A DNA stretch of 64,000 nucleotides from positions 434 through 64,433 of the forward strand of contig CABYOM010000002.1 of assembly GCA_902520595.1 (NCBI GenBank), written 5' to 3'. Both the position numbers and the translations under genes were made by a program. This DNA is from an uncultured Candidatus Poseidoniales archaeon (GTDB lineage: Archaea > Thermoplasmatota > Poseidoniia > Poseidoniales > Poseidoniaceae). Shown piece by piece: positions 47,223 through 57,456 of this stretch. How positions within the stretch are numbered: position 1 is the stretch's first letter; every line of letters begins with the position of its first letter. The notes below the pieces were generated by a model. The model had not been told where the DNA came from. It did not search any database and worked only from the letters and a program-made list of their open reading frames with translations.

Positions 47223-50200
47223 ATGTATCTTCAAGCACTCGAAATATCAAACTTCAAATCGTTCAAAGGCGAAATCACCGTTCCGCTCGACCGAGGATTC
47301 ACTGCCATTACTGGGCCGAATGGTTCAGGAAAATCAAATTGTGGCGACGCGATTCAATTTGTTCTTGGCCCTCGAAGTAACAAAGTAATACGTGCTCAAA
47401 ATGCGAAAGACCTTATTTTCAACGGAGGCAAGAATTCCAAACCTGCACGTTCATGCGAAGTAACCCTTGTCTTTGCGAATCCATTACTCGCCAGCGGCCG
47501 TCGGCGCCTACCCTTAGATCAAGACGAAGTCCGTATGACCCGTGCAGTTCGACTATCGAAATCCAACAATACCATCACGACCTATTTGCTTGATGGCGAA
47601 GAAAGTACTCAAAAGACATTCCATCGACTTCTTGGCGCAGCGAACGCTCGACCAGATGGCTACAATATCGTCCTTCAAGGTGACGTTACGAAGTTGGCTA
47701 AAATGACCGCTAAAGAACGCAGAAAGGTTCTCGACGGTGTTGCTGGCGTCACATCTTATGACGATGAAATTCGAAAGGCAGACCGTCAAAAAGAGATGGT
47801 TGAAGGATACATTGAACGCATAGGGTTGCTTGAAGATGAACAAAAAGCACGTCTAAAAGACCTTACCAAAGAGAAGAACTTGGCACTCAAGGTTCAGGAT
47901 TTAGTCGCTGAACTTCAACTGGCACGAATTGTGTCTGCTCAATCGAAATTAGCAAGTCAACAATCCGAACGAGCCTACATGGTTGAAGAGCGCGTTCGAA
48001 TAGACGGCGAGGCATCCCAACTGGAAGGAGAAGTCAAAGAAGGCGCAAAAGTACTTTTAGAACTTGAAGATAAAATTGGCATCCTGCAAAAGCAAATCGA
48101 AGACCTCATGGGTGGTGATTCGAATGGATTACTAGCCGCCATTAATCAACTCCAAATTTCGATTGCCACAAGTAATGACCGCATTAGTGAAGCGGAGGAT
48201 AAAGACCTTGAGGATAAAGAAGAATTAGTTGATCTTGCTGAATCACTGCTGCAAGCACAGAATTCACTTGGAGAATTTAAACAGGAATTGAGCAGCGCTG
48301 GAACCGATTTGAAAAATGCAGTGGCTGCACTCAAAGAAGCCAAGACAGAAGAGTCTGAAGTTCAATCCCTTCTCGAGTCTTCTGGCACGGCAAATGCAGA
48401 ACTTTCACGAGCTCTTTCCATAGCGATTGCTAATGTAGAAACTGCAACAGAGACGTTGCAATTAGCACAGAATGAAGTCAACCGAGTTGCTACGCAAGCA
48501 GAAATGCTGGATGAGCAATTAACTACGGCACAAGAAGCCGCTGAAAGTGCCCGACTTGCACTGGGAGAATCACAGTTGATCGGTGAGGAACTTGGCGCGG
48601 ATTCCCCAGACCAAGATCGTCGTAAACTCGGCGACCAATTACTCACTGCACAGCGTTCTGAAGCCAAACTGGCCGAAGAGTCACAAGCCGTTGAAACTCG
48701 CTTGCGAGAGACAGAGCGAAAACTGAATACTGCGAAGAATGAACTCGAGAACCGAAGCGGTGCTAAAGGCATGGCTGGCGGTGCTGCTGCTATTATTGCC
48801 GCACGAGATCGTGGGGAATTATCTGGTGTAATCGGAACTGTTGCTGAACTTTGTCAACCACGAGACCCCGCTCACACCGACGCACTTGCAACCGCCATTG
48901 GTGGAGGTATGACTTCCGTTGTTGTCGACAACGACGAAGTCGCAGCAAAAGCCATTCAATGGCTGGCTCAAAACAAAGCAGGAAGGGCTACTTTCCTTCC
49001 TCTCAATAAACTCACTCAATCCCGTGCTGCCGGAAAGGCAATGATGGTTGCCAAAAAACCAGGTGTTATCGGTTTTGCCAATGAATTACTGGATTACGAC
49101 CCACGTATCGATGTCGCAGTTCGTTTCGTTCTACGAAACACGCTCATTGTCGATAACATGTCCACTGCACGAATGAACATGGGTGGCGTTCGATTAGTCA
49201 CTCTTCGAGGCGATGTTACGGAAGCAGGGGGTGCAATGGTCGGTGGTTCAAAGCGAAGATTGACCGTTACGTTTGGAGGAAATATTCAGGGAGCAAGTGA
49301 AGTTGAAGCCCTTGCCGCTGATGTCGAACGGTTCCGTTTGATGGCAGACACGGTCAACGGTGCGCTCGCTGATGCTCGCAGCCTTCAAACACAATTGAGG
49401 GTCAAAATCAACGCTCTTTCCGAAGGCGACCATGCCGTACGATTCCAAGAGTGGCGTGCTGAACATAAGCAAGCGCAAACAAATCACAACAATGCTCTTG
49501 GAGAAGTTGCTACCATTGAGAAGCGTTTGGTTGAACTCAAACTTGAAGGGACCAATAAAATCCGTGAACATGACCAAGCTCATCAGGGACTGTCAACTGC
49601 GAATGAACAACGCTCTGTTGCTCAAACGGCCTTAGAAGATGCAAGTCCTGAACACCTCAAAGATCGATTACATGCTGCTGAAGTAAAGCGAGTTGAAGCT
49701 GAAGGCCTCAAAGCACAAGCAGAGATTTCTCTGAATGGTGATTCAAGCCATCAAGAACTTTTGAGCAGTCGAGTTGATGAAATTACACAACGAATTACTT
49801 TGCTCGAAGGGAACGCAATTGCCCGAAGTGAAAAAATTGATTCGTTGCAAGCAAGCATAGCAACTGATTCTATAGAGCTCAAGAAAAAAGAAGACGAACG
49901 CTTCCAATTCCTAGAAGAGAACCAAGGCCTTGAGGAAGAGCGTGTTGAATTAATCGAAGAGCGAAGCGGTTTACACGTCACACTTCAGCAAAAAGCAACC
50001 GATGCACGTTCACGACGTGTCATGGTTGAAGAAATGGGCCGTGCTCTGATATTGAAAGATGCATCCATTCAAGAAACGCTGCAGGAAATGGCAGAAAACA
50101 ACATTGAGGCGGCTGGTGAAGATGTCGTATTACCGAGTGTAGGCGACGCTGAACGTACTGAGCGTACATTGCAACGTAGACTTGATTCACACGGCCCAGT

Positions 50201-51137
50201 CAATATGCTGGCTATTGAACAATATGATGCATGCGAAGCCCGTCTCTCTGAAATGAAAGGCGATTTCAAAACGCTTCAAGACCGACGCAAGCATCTTATC
50301 GATGTCACCGAGAAACTTGAAAGTCAACGAAAGTCACGTCTTCTCAATGTTCTTGAAAAGGTCAATGAGAATTTCAAAGTTGCCTACAAGTCTCTCAGTG
50401 ACGGTGGAAGAGGTGAATTGTTCCTTGAAAATAAGGATGAACCGTTCAAAGGCGGACTGGAGTTATGGGCGCAACCTCGAGGCAAGTCAGCGAAAGTTAC
50501 TCGCCATCAACTTTCAGGGGGCGAGCAATCCATGGCTGCTCTTGCGCTTATTTTCGCAATTCAAGATTATGACCCGAGTCCATTCTACTACTTTGACGAA
50601 GTTGATCAGAATTTGGACGGTTACAATGCCGAGCGAATCGCACTGATGTGCAGAGAGCGCAGCAAGAGAGCACAATTCATCATGGTGACACTGCGAAAGG
50701 TTTCCTTGCGTCTGGCTGACCATCACATTGGAATTACTCACGGTGGCGATGGATGCAGCCGAAGAATCGTTGACTTCGACCGTGATCAAGCGATTGCTCT
50801 TGGTGAACAAGCCCTTGCGGAGGCTGAGAAGGCAGAGAAGATGGTTCGTTCACGAATTGAAGAAGCCTCAGCAGCAGCGTACGATATGCCCGAGGTCCCA
50901 GAACCATTACCAACGCCGAATAGCCTTGGTGGATTGCTTAACCACATGCTGGCTGCCGAAGCCGAACAAGCTCCAGAACCAGAGGCAAGTATTGGGTTAA
51001 CTGCGCTTTCAGAGCGAACAGCCGACATGACAGAAGATATCGAAGAATACGCTGAAGTAGCCCAAGCTATTCAAGCGGTAGAAGCCGAAGAACAAACGGT
51101 TGAAGAGACTACAGAAGCCGAGGAAGAAACAGTTTGA
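47223..51137 (+). CDS. smc: chromosome segregation protein SMC
   Basis: N-terminal Walker A ITGPNGSGKSN with the start MYLQALEISNFKSFKG. Long coiled coils. A hinge with G-rich motifs. C-terminal signature motif LSGGEQS and Walker B FYYFDEVD. An acidic tail of about 90 aa follows. Confidence 0.9.
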   Translation: MYLQALEISNFKSFKGEITVPLDRGFTAITGPNGSGKSNCGDAIQFVLGPRSNKVIRAQNAKDLIFNGGKNSKPARSCEVTLVFANPLLASGRRRLPLDQDEVRMTRAVRLSKSNNTITTYLLDGEESTQKTFHRLLGAANARPDGYNIVLQGDVTKLAKMTAKERRKVLDGVAGVTSYDDEIRKADRQKEMVEGYIERIGLLEDEQKARLKDLTKEKNLALKVQDLVAELQLARIVSAQSKLASQQSERAYMVEERVRIDGEASQLEGEVKEGAKVLLELEDKIGILQKQIEDLMGGDSNGLLAAINQLQISIATSNDRISEAEDKDLEDKEELVDLAESLLQAQNSLGEFKQELSSAGTDLKNAVAALKEAKTEESEVQSLLESSGTANAELSRALSIAIANVETATETLQLAQNEVNRVATQAEMLDEQLTTAQEAAESARLALGESQLIGEELGADSPDQDRRKLGDQLLTAQRSEAKLAEESQAVETRLRETERKLNTAKNELENRSGAKGMAGGAAAIIAARDRGELSGVIGTVAELCQPRDPAHTDALATAIGGGMTSVVVDNDEVAAKAIQWLAQNKAGRATFLPLNKLTQSRAAGKAMMVAKKPGVIGFANELLDYDPRIDVAVRFVLRNTLIVDNMSTARMNMGGVRLVTLRGDVTEAGGAMVGGSKRRLTVTFGGNIQGASEVEALAADVERFRLMADTVNGALADARSLQTQLRVKINALSEGDHAVRFQEWRAEHKQAQTNHNNALGEVATIEKRLVELKLEGTNKIREHDQAHQGLSTANEQRSVAQTALEDASPEHLKDRLHAAEVKRVEAEGLKAQAEISLNGDSSHQELLSSRVDEITQRITLLEGNAIARSEKIDSLQASIATDSIELKKKEDERFQFLEENQGLEEERVELIEERSGLHVTLQQKATDARSRRVMVEEMGRALILKDASIQETLQEMAENNIEAAGEDVVLPSVGDAERTERTLQRRLDSHGPVNMLAIEQYDACEARLSEMKGDFKTLQDRRKHLIDVTEKLESQRKSRLLNVLEKVNENFKVAYKSLSDGGRGELFLENKDEPFKGGLELWAQPRGKSAKVTRHQLSGGEQSMAALALIFAIQDYDPSPFYYFDEVDQNLDGYNAERIALMCRERSKRAQFIMVTLRKVSLRLADHHIGITHGGDGCSRRIVDFDRDQAIALGEQALAEAEKAEKMVRSRIEEASAAAYDMPEVPEPLPTPNSLGGLLNHMLAAEAEQAPEPEASIGLTALSERTADMTEDIEEYAEVAQAIQAVEAEEQTVEETTEAEEETV

Positions 51138-51147
51138 GGTGATTTTC

Positions 51148-52359
51148 ATGACTGAGCAACAATCGGGTCTCGACAAATGGTTCCTTCGCCAGGACGTCAT
51201 AGACCAACTGTTGGCATCCGGTGAAGAATCACAGGAAGCGGCTTTGTTTGGTGACAAGATTATGGCTATTGCAGAAACGGAAGAAGCGGAACATCAAACC
51301 CTCATTGACCCCTTTGACCGTTCTGTAGCACTCGTACTCTCTTTGGTGAGAGAAGAAGGTCTTGATGCATGGAATATCGATCTCTCGAGCTTCTTGAAAG
51401 TATTCACTGCGAGGGTGAAATCAGAAGCAGCTAATCTTGATTTGCCTGCATGCGGGCGGTTGATTCGACTTTCATGGGAAGTGCTTCACCAACAGGCTGA
51501 GGACCTTTTTGACCGAGTTCAATACGTTGATGAAGATGATTGGGACGATGGTCTTGGTTTTGGTTGGGAAGCGGATTACAACGATGAAGACTTCTTCTTT
51601 ACCAATTCGATTCTCCAAGGGAGCGCTGACGAGATACTTCCTGACCTTTTAGAAAATCGAGTTCGCAGAGATGAAGGCCGTCCAGTGACTTTGGTTGAAC
51701 TGCTTTCAGCATTCAAAGATGCTTCCGACGACGCTGAAACGCTTCGTTTGCGTGAGGAAAACAGGTTGGCTCATGAAGAAGAGTTGAAAGAATATCTTGC
51801 AGATGTTGGAGGTAGAATGCACAATGAAGATCTTGAAGGCGACATCAAGCGTTGCTGGCAAGCACTTCGCACTTCGTGCCTTGAAGAAGGGCAGACTAAA
51901 GTTCCCGTTTTGAAAGTGATGAATGAGCTTAAACCAATACTTGAGCAAGCATTCGGTTCAATTCCAGAAGGATATGACGATGAAGCGAAGGTCGCATCTT
52001 TCATCGCCGGGCTTTTCCTAACACATCGAGGCTTTGCCTCAATAACCCAAGACAGTGTTCCGGATGGTGAGATTTTCCTTGAAGATTCATGGCCTCAAAT
52101 AGAGACTTTTGAAGAGATTAAAGAGTTGATAGAGAGCCAACAAGCGGCAGAAAATGAGCGAATTCAAGAACAGGATTCCGGTTCAGTTCGTCACGCCAAA
52201 CTTCGTGCTGAAAAGGCCCGCCTTGCAGAAGAGTCGGCTTTGCGCAAAGAGGAACGTGCTCTTGCCAAAAGGGCAAAAGAACAGCCAGTTGTAGAAGTTT
52301 CAGAACCCAAGGACATTGAAGAACAGTCGTATGACAACCATGAATGGTTGGTTGAATGA
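51148..52359 (+). CDS. scpA: segregation and condensation protein A (kleisin ScpA)
   Basis: GGTGA Shine-Dalgarno sequence. The N-terminal ScpA block FDRSVALVLSLVREEGLDAWNIDLSSFLKVF. It lies immediately after smc and has a long acidic central region. Confidence 0.75.
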   Translation: MTEQQSGLDKWFLRQDVIDQLLASGEESQEAALFGDKIMAIAETEEAEHQTLIDPFDRSVALVLSLVREEGLDAWNIDLSSFLKVFTARVKSEAANLDLPACGRLIRLSWEVLHQQAEDLFDRVQYVDEDDWDDGLGFGWEADYNDEDFFFTNSILQGSADEILPDLLENRVRRDEGRPVTLVELLSAFKDASDDAETLRLREENRLAHEEELKEYLADVGGRMHNEDLEGDIKRCWQALRTSCLEEGQTKVPVLKVMNELKPILEQAFGSIPEGYDDEAKVASFIAGLFLTHRGFASITQDSVPDGEIFLEDSWPQIETFEEIKELIESQQAAENERIQEQDSGSVRHAKLRAEKARLAEESALRKEERALAKRAKEQPVVEVSEPKDIEEQSYDNHEWLVE

Positions 52360-52370
52360 GAGGGAAAGAA

Positions 52371-52979
52371 ATGTCAGAAGTTCCTGTAGATACGCTGTTA
52401 GAAGCCACTTTGTTTGGTGCTGGTCGCTCGATGAGTGTCGCCGAACTTTCGACTGCTCTAGGATACGATGAAGATGAGATGCTCGATTCCTTGTATTCAC
52501 TCCGTTCAACGCTCAAACGTCGCCGTGGTGGAGCTTTACAAGTTGCCGAGGTCGGTGATAGGTGGGCCATTGAAGTCAAACCCGATGTTGCGAGCCATTT
52601 ACCTAAGGGAACCAAAACAGAAATTCCGCAGAAACTGCTCAAAGCAGCAGCGCTCATCGCTTATCACCAACCCATGCCTCAATCTCGATTGGTCGAATTG
52701 TTGGGGCAGAAAGCCTACGATTATGTTCGAGAACTGGCTCAATTGGGGATGGTGGACCGCCGAAAAGATGGAAATACCCGACGTCTTTCGACAACTCGAA
52801 GGTTTTCTGAAATATTTGGATGTCCTTACACCGACCGCAAGAAAGTCAAGAAATGGTTCCGCGAACAGGTCAAAACCACTGGCCTATTCGACGGTATGGA
52901 AGATGCAGCAGTCCTTCAAGAAGAATCTGAAATCGACGGTTTGATCCAATCGACGTTACCGATTGGTGAAGAAGAGTGA
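52371..52979 (+). CDS. scpB: segregation and condensation protein B (ScpB, tandem winged helix)
   Basis: LEATLFGAGRSMSVAELSTALG is the first winged helix. KAAALIAYHQPMPQSRLVELLG is the second. It is translationally coupled to scpA. Confidence 0.75.
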   Translation: MSEVPVDTLLEATLFGAGRSMSVAELSTALGYDEDEMLDSLYSLRSTLKRRRGGALQVAEVGDRWAIEVKPDVASHLPKGTKTEIPQKLLKAAALIAYHQPMPQSRLVELLGQKAYDYVRELAQLGMVDRRKDGNTRRLSTTRRFSEIFGCPYTDRKKVKKWFREQVKTTGLFDGMEDAAVLQEESEIDGLIQSTLPIGEEE

Positions 52980-52982
52980 TTC

Positions 52983-54281
52983 TTACTCTTTTCGCAATTG
53001 TTCCAACAGTTCACCAACAAGAGTTTGTGTTTTAGGACCAGATGCTTGCTGTAAGCGTGCGGCTACAATTTCAATTTCTTCACCGACTGCGCCAGCAGAA
53101 ACCGCCATGTTACGTGAATGTAATTTCATGTGCCCTGCCTGAATACCTTTCGTTGAAAGGGCTCGAAGAGCTCCTAAGTTCTGAGATAATCCTGCTGCAG
53201 CGATGATTCCAGCCAATTCCTGGGCCGATTCAACCCCGAGTATGGCAAGATTCGCTTGAGCGACAGGATGGACCTTGGAGGCGCCTCCAACAGTGCCTAC
53301 AGCCATGGGCGTCTCGATAGAGCCAACGAGGTTTCCTTCAGCATCCTTTTCCCACATGGTCATTGAACCATACTGTTCGTTGCTGTGAGCAGCCCATGCA
53401 TGGCATCCTGCCTCGATAGCACGCCAATCTTGTCCACAAGCCACTGCAACGCTGCTAATCGCATTCATGACGCCTTTATTGTGCGTAGCCGCTCGAAATG
53501 GGTCTGCCATGGCAAAGTGTTGCGCTTCAAGGATGCCCTCAATGACAGTAAGGCCGTTTTCACGTGTTCCATCCTCTGAAATTTCTTCAGGGGTAAAGAC
53601 GGCACGAACACGAGCCAAACGGTATGCTGCGAGGTTGGAGAGAATTCGCAGATGAACTCTTCCACCGGTGATATCTTCCAGGCGTGGTGCAATCAATTCC
53701 GCCATCGTGTTAACGGCATTCGCCCCCATCGCATCTCGACAATCAACCACGATGTGGGCGATAAGCATCGGACCGCTAAGAGAATCAAGAAGACGGGTTT
53801 CGATACGCTTACATCCACCACCGAGTCGAATCATGGTTGAAGGAAGGCTGTTACACAAATCCATCAATTCTTTCGCACTCGAAAGCACAGCCTGCTCGGC
53901 CTTTTTCCAGTCACTGCACTCCAATATCTGCAATTGTGCAATCATCATTGGGGCGTCTGAATTCGTATGAAATCCACCGTTTTTCAAGCAACGTTTGGCC
54001 ATATTTGAGGCTGCAGCGACCACACTTGACTCTTCCAAGCAGAAAGGAATGAGGTAGTGCTTTCCATCGATGACGAAGTTGGTTGCAACGCCGACAGGAA
54101 GTGACATTGTTCCAATTACATTCTCTATCATGCGATCTGCGGCCTCTTCACTTAACGCGCCACAGGCTTCCAGTGCAGCGATTTGCTGATCAGTAAGATC
54201 GGCCATATCCGCAACGATTTGTCGGCGTTCAGCAACGCTGTGTCGGAAAAATCCACTCAAGCGACTGTTTTCGACCGGCAT
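52983..54281 (-). CDS. hmgA: hydroxymethylglutaryl-CoA reductase (NAD(P)H), class II-like
   Basis: SRLSGFFRHSVAERR N-terminal block, ENVIGTMSLPVGVA, DAMGANAVNTMAE, and the C-terminal GTVGG/His region. About 430 aa, consistent with class II. The start is probably the internal Met MPVENS. Confidence 0.75.
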   Translation of the reverse strand: MPVENSRLSGFFRHSVAERRQIVADMADLTDQQIAALEACGALSEEAADRMIENVIGTMSLPVGVATNFVIDGKHYLIPFCLEESSVVAAASNMAKRCLKNGGFHTNSDAPMMIAQLQILECSDWKKAEQAVLSSAKELMDLCNSLPSTMIRLGGGCKRIETRLLDSLSGPMLIAHIVVDCRDAMGANAVNTMAELIAPRLEDITGGRVHLRILSNLAAYRLARVRAVFTPEEISEDGTRENGLTVIEGILEAQHFAMADPFRAATHNKGVMNAISSVAVACGQDWRAIEAGCHAWAAHSNEQYGSMTMWEKDAEGNLVGSIETPMAVGTVGGASKVHPVAQANLAILGVESAQELAGIIAAAGLSQNLGALRALSTKGIQAGHMKLHSRNMAVSAGAVGEEIEIVAARLQQASGPKTQTLVGELLEQLRKE

Positions 54282-54379
54282 ACGTCCACGTCCAGTTGTC
54301 CCACGTGGCTGTAGACCATCAAGCAATCGGCATTAAGGCCATTGAAAACGTCGCTTTCCATTTTTCTGAGTGAAGTGCG

Positions 54380-54430
54380 AATGTTGAGGTTAATAACGCG
54401 TTTAACGCTTTTATTAACGCGTTAAGAATG
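54380..54430. promoter_or_regulatory. cluster of AACGCGTT-core palindromes (TTAATAACGCGTTTAACGC / TTATTAACGCGTTAAG) in a divergent intergenic region
   Basis: A perfect 12-bp palindrome TTAACGCGTTAA at about 54413-54424 and an imperfect copy at about 54391-54404. Additional GTTAAC, TAACGC and GAATG repeats are present through 54340-54500. Confidence 0.35.
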
Positions 54431-54524
54431 CGGTAATTGAATGTTAACGACTGTTTCCCAACAGAGGTGGCAATGAGATTAACATGTCCTAACGCATCTC
54501 TAAGGCCTGCTTTCATGCTCAAAG

Positions 54525-56399
54525 ATGAAATACCCAAAGGCGATTGCTCGAATCATGCGAGTTGTTGGAAAAGATATGACCCTACCTCCTCTTGATGCGA
54601 ATCCATTCTCAGCTTTAGCCCTCGAAGCGAGTGATTCTAACCTCTTAGTCGGGCGTCAGCACACGCTTCGAGTGCTTTCCCAATACATACAGTTCCGATC
54701 ACCTCGCAGGATTTTATTGGTTGGCGAACATGGTTCAGGAAGGACCTCACTGCTTCGCTGTGTCTCGAAGATGTCACCAATCGCAGTCCATATTGACCAT
54801 ATTCCACCTAGAGATGCAGGGCTTAGTTTGTTGAAAGATATCTATTCTCGATTTGTGAATTCTATTGTCCCTGAAAATCGGAATGAATTAACAAAGAAGA
54901 TACTGGATGCATCACAGAGTTATACCAATGCTTTGCCTCTCATCGTCATCGATGCATCAACGGTTGAAATTTCTGCGCTCAATGTGGCTCTGCGAGACAC
55001 TTTACCTACTCTTGAGCGAATTCAAGCAGTGATTGTTATCGTTCTTGAGACCAAGGATAAAACCATGCTCCACGAATCAATTTTACAGAAATTAGACCAG
55101 ATGAAACCCCTGGCGAACCTCAATTTAGAGGAGGTTCAACTTTTGGTAGAGCGACGTATTGAACAGTCAACGGGTCAACAGTTTCAGTTCAATCAAGAAG
55201 ATGCTCAACACCTTCTGGAACAGACTTTAGGTCTGCCTTCCGATGTAATCCGGGTCATGCGTGACGCAATTGACCATGCGAAAATGTCTCAATATACCTA
55301 TGTTGAACCGCAATACACGTCCACCAAACCCGTATCAGAGCCACTTTTCGATGCTTCATTGTTTGAATCACCTCCGCATTCATCGTTTGAATCAGTGCTT
55401 TCAGAGCCTGCCAAGGCACTGGATACGGTTGAGGAAGAACCAGAAGTTGATGAAGCAGCACTGCAGATGGAGCAGGATACCAAAATTATGGAAAGTCTTG
55501 AAGATATGAATTTTGATCTTAACCTTGACCAGTTGAATGAAGACCAAGATAATCAAGAAGAACTGAAAATATTAGAGTCTGTTGAAGACCTTCAGGAAGG
55601 TTACGGTGCGGCACCTGCGATTGCCAAACCCGATGTCCATGAACGCCCACCCCTCGACGAACTTACGCCCGCAGGGATGACTGGCCTTTTCTCACGTAGT
55701 CGCTCTTTCCTTGACTTGGAACAGGATGATGCACCACAAGCGAACCTGGTCGAACAGGCAGGCGGTGTTGAACTCTGGGAAGATCCTTCTTTACAGCCGG
55801 CTGAAGAAGTCGTTGAAGAGATCAGTGAAGAGGAATCTGCCTACATGCTTCACAATGAAGTGGGGTTCATCGAGGAAGAACCTGTGGAAGTTGAATTCGA
55901 GGAGCTGCAGACTGATATGGAGGCAGTTGAAGACGATTTCGAACTTGATTTCGACACTCCCTCCATCGGTAATGGACTGTTGAGTGAATTAGCAGGTATG
56001 GTACCGGTAATGAAAGCGCTGCAATTAGCTATCATGACTCCAGATGAGAACGGAACTGCGATTCAGAGAAGAAAATTGGTTGAAGCACTTGAAGCATTTC
56101 AACGAAAACCAAGCGGTAAAAAGCAAGATTATGCGCTCAATGCAGCGGTTCTGTCTGCCTTAACCGGTCATGAAATCGCCATAATATCAATTGCTCATTA
56201 CCGAAGATATTCACCATCAGATGAAGAATTGCTCCAACAATTGAACATCAAGCGAGCAAGGCTTTCTCAAATCAGCAACCGATTACTGAAAGCAGGTGTT
56301 TTGAGTGTTCGAACACTCGGACGTAACAGATACTACGAATTAACCCAAGCAGCTCGAGCCCAATTGATTGCTTGGAATGTGATAGGAGGTGAAAACTGA
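54525..56399 (+). CDS. divergent Orc1/Cdc6-like AAA+ protein with Walker-A Lys replaced by Arg, long acidic insert and C-terminal winged helix
   Basis: LLVGEHGSGRTSLL (GSGRT instead of GSGKT). Walker B-like LIVIDAS. The order of blocks parallels Orc1/Cdc6 (AVHID, IQAVIVIVLE, LNLEEVQLLVERRIEQ, SDVIRVMRDAIDHA). A D/E-rich low-complexity region of about 230 aa follows. The C-terminal RYYELTQAARAQLIAW is wHTH-like. Confidence 0.5.
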   Translation: MKYPKAIARIMRVVGKDMTLPPLDANPFSALALEASDSNLLVGRQHTLRVLSQYIQFRSPRRILLVGEHGSGRTSLLRCVSKMSPIAVHIDHIPPRDAGLSLLKDIYSRFVNSIVPENRNELTKKILDASQSYTNALPLIVIDASTVEISALNVALRDTLPTLERIQAVIVIVLETKDKTMLHESILQKLDQMKPLANLNLEEVQLLVERRIEQSTGQQFQFNQEDAQHLLEQTLGLPSDVIRVMRDAIDHAKMSQYTYVEPQYTSTKPVSEPLFDASLFESPPHSSFESVLSEPAKALDTVEEEPEVDEAALQMEQDTKIMESLEDMNFDLNLDQLNEDQDNQEELKILESVEDLQEGYGAAPAIAKPDVHERPPLDELTPAGMTGLFSRSRSFLDLEQDDAPQANLVEQAGGVELWEDPSLQPAEEVVEEISEEESAYMLHNEVGFIEEEPVEVEFEELQTDMEAVEDDFELDFDTPSIGNGLLSELAGMVPVMKALQLAIMTPDENGTAIQRRKLVEALEAFQRKPSGKKQDYALNAAVLSALTGHEIAIISIAHYRRYSPSDEELLQQLNIKRARLSQISNRLLKAGVLSVRTLGRNRYYELTQAARAQLIAWNVIGGEN

Positions 56400-57448
56400 T
56401 GTCATGGTCGATTACTTGGTCTTGGCAAGCACCTCGCCGTATTGCTGCCCTCGCACCAGTCGAGGGTGGAATGGTTGTGAGCAGTGGTCTGGATTTGTTG
56501 ATGATTGAAGCGGATGGAAGTATTCGCTGGAAGGTAGAATTACCGTTCAAAGCACACTGCGCTCAAGCCAATAACGGCGTATTAGGTATTCTCGCGGCTC
56601 ATGGATTCTACGTTCTTTCGACTTTAGACGGGACAATGTTACACGAAGGTCGTTCGACTACAGGCGGCTTTACTGAGATTCTAGCACGCCCTGGAGGCGG
56701 TTGGATACTCTCTGGGCGCCAAGGGCACCTTCACTTGTTTACACACGAAGGAACAGGCCTTCGTAGGCTCGACAGCGGAAAAGTGCGACGTTTGCTGGGT
56801 TGGCTTGACCGTGAACACATGATGTGGCAGGATTCAGACGGCAAACTTTGGTGTGCTCGACTTGCACAAAGCGATCAAAAGCGAATCTTAGAAGACCGCG
56901 TTTGGAGTTGGGTTACACCTTTGATGAATGGACGGATTCTCATGCAGTCAAGTGATGGCGGGATTTGGGAGGGCGTTCCTCATCCATTTGGCTGGGATTC
57001 TTTGGAACGAATCGAATATGAATCACTCGAACCAATGGAAGGTGTTCGAAGCGCTGATGGCTGGTGGGTTTTGGGTATTGAAGGCCACTTGCACCACCTT
57101 TCGGCTCATGCAGAAAGCGAAACGCCAACTTTGTTAGGCGAATCGATGAATCTTGGTGACTTGCTGATTGGTTTGACGCCGGACACGATGGTTACGGCAA
57201 CTCGAGAAGGATTGATTCGCCGCTGGTCTGCTCCTCATCTGGCTCAGGCCGAACGTCAAGGACGCTATCAAGCGGCTGCAGAGGCAGCATTAGCGAAGAA
57301 TTGGGAAGAGCGAAAGGCCTTGTTTGTCCGTGCACAAACCGCTGAAGATGAAGGACGATTGTCTAGGGCGGTGGAACTGTATGGTGCACTTGGCCGCTCA
57401 GAAGATGTCCGTCGTTTGTTGAAGCGCCAAAAGGAGGGAGGAGAGTGA
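56399..57448 (+). CDS. beta-propeller-like repeat protein (PQQ/WD-like), hypothetical
   Basis: Its ATG overlaps the stop of the preceding gene (TGATG). It has repeated G/W-containing strand motifs (DGSIRWKVEL, DGKLWCARL, DGGIWEGV, DGWWVLGIEGHLHHL). Confidence 0.35.
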   Translation: MSWSITWSWQAPRRIAALAPVEGGMVVSSGLDLLMIEADGSIRWKVELPFKAHCAQANNGVLGILAAHGFYVLSTLDGTMLHEGRSTTGGFTEILARPGGGWILSGRQGHLHLFTHEGTGLRRLDSGKVRRLLGWLDREHMMWQDSDGKLWCARLAQSDQKRILEDRVWSWVTPLMNGRILMQSSDGGIWEGVPHPFGWDSLERIEYESLEPMEGVRSADGWWVLGIEGHLHHLSAHAESETPTLLGESMNLGDLLIGLTPDTMVTATREGLIRRWSAPHLAQAERQGRYQAAAEAALAKNWEERKALFVRAQTAEDEGRLSRAVELYGALGRSEDVRRLLKRQKEGGE

Positions 57449-57456
57449 GTGAAGAT

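Noticed and set aside
48362-48772. Ser/Ala-rich 136-aa minus-strand ORF, and similar antisense ORFs at 48146, 49248, 49751 and 50069
   Set aside because: Antisense to the SMC coiled-coil region, whose Glu/Ala/Leu-rich codons read as Ser/Ala on the opposite strand. SMC homology on the plus strand is unambiguous.
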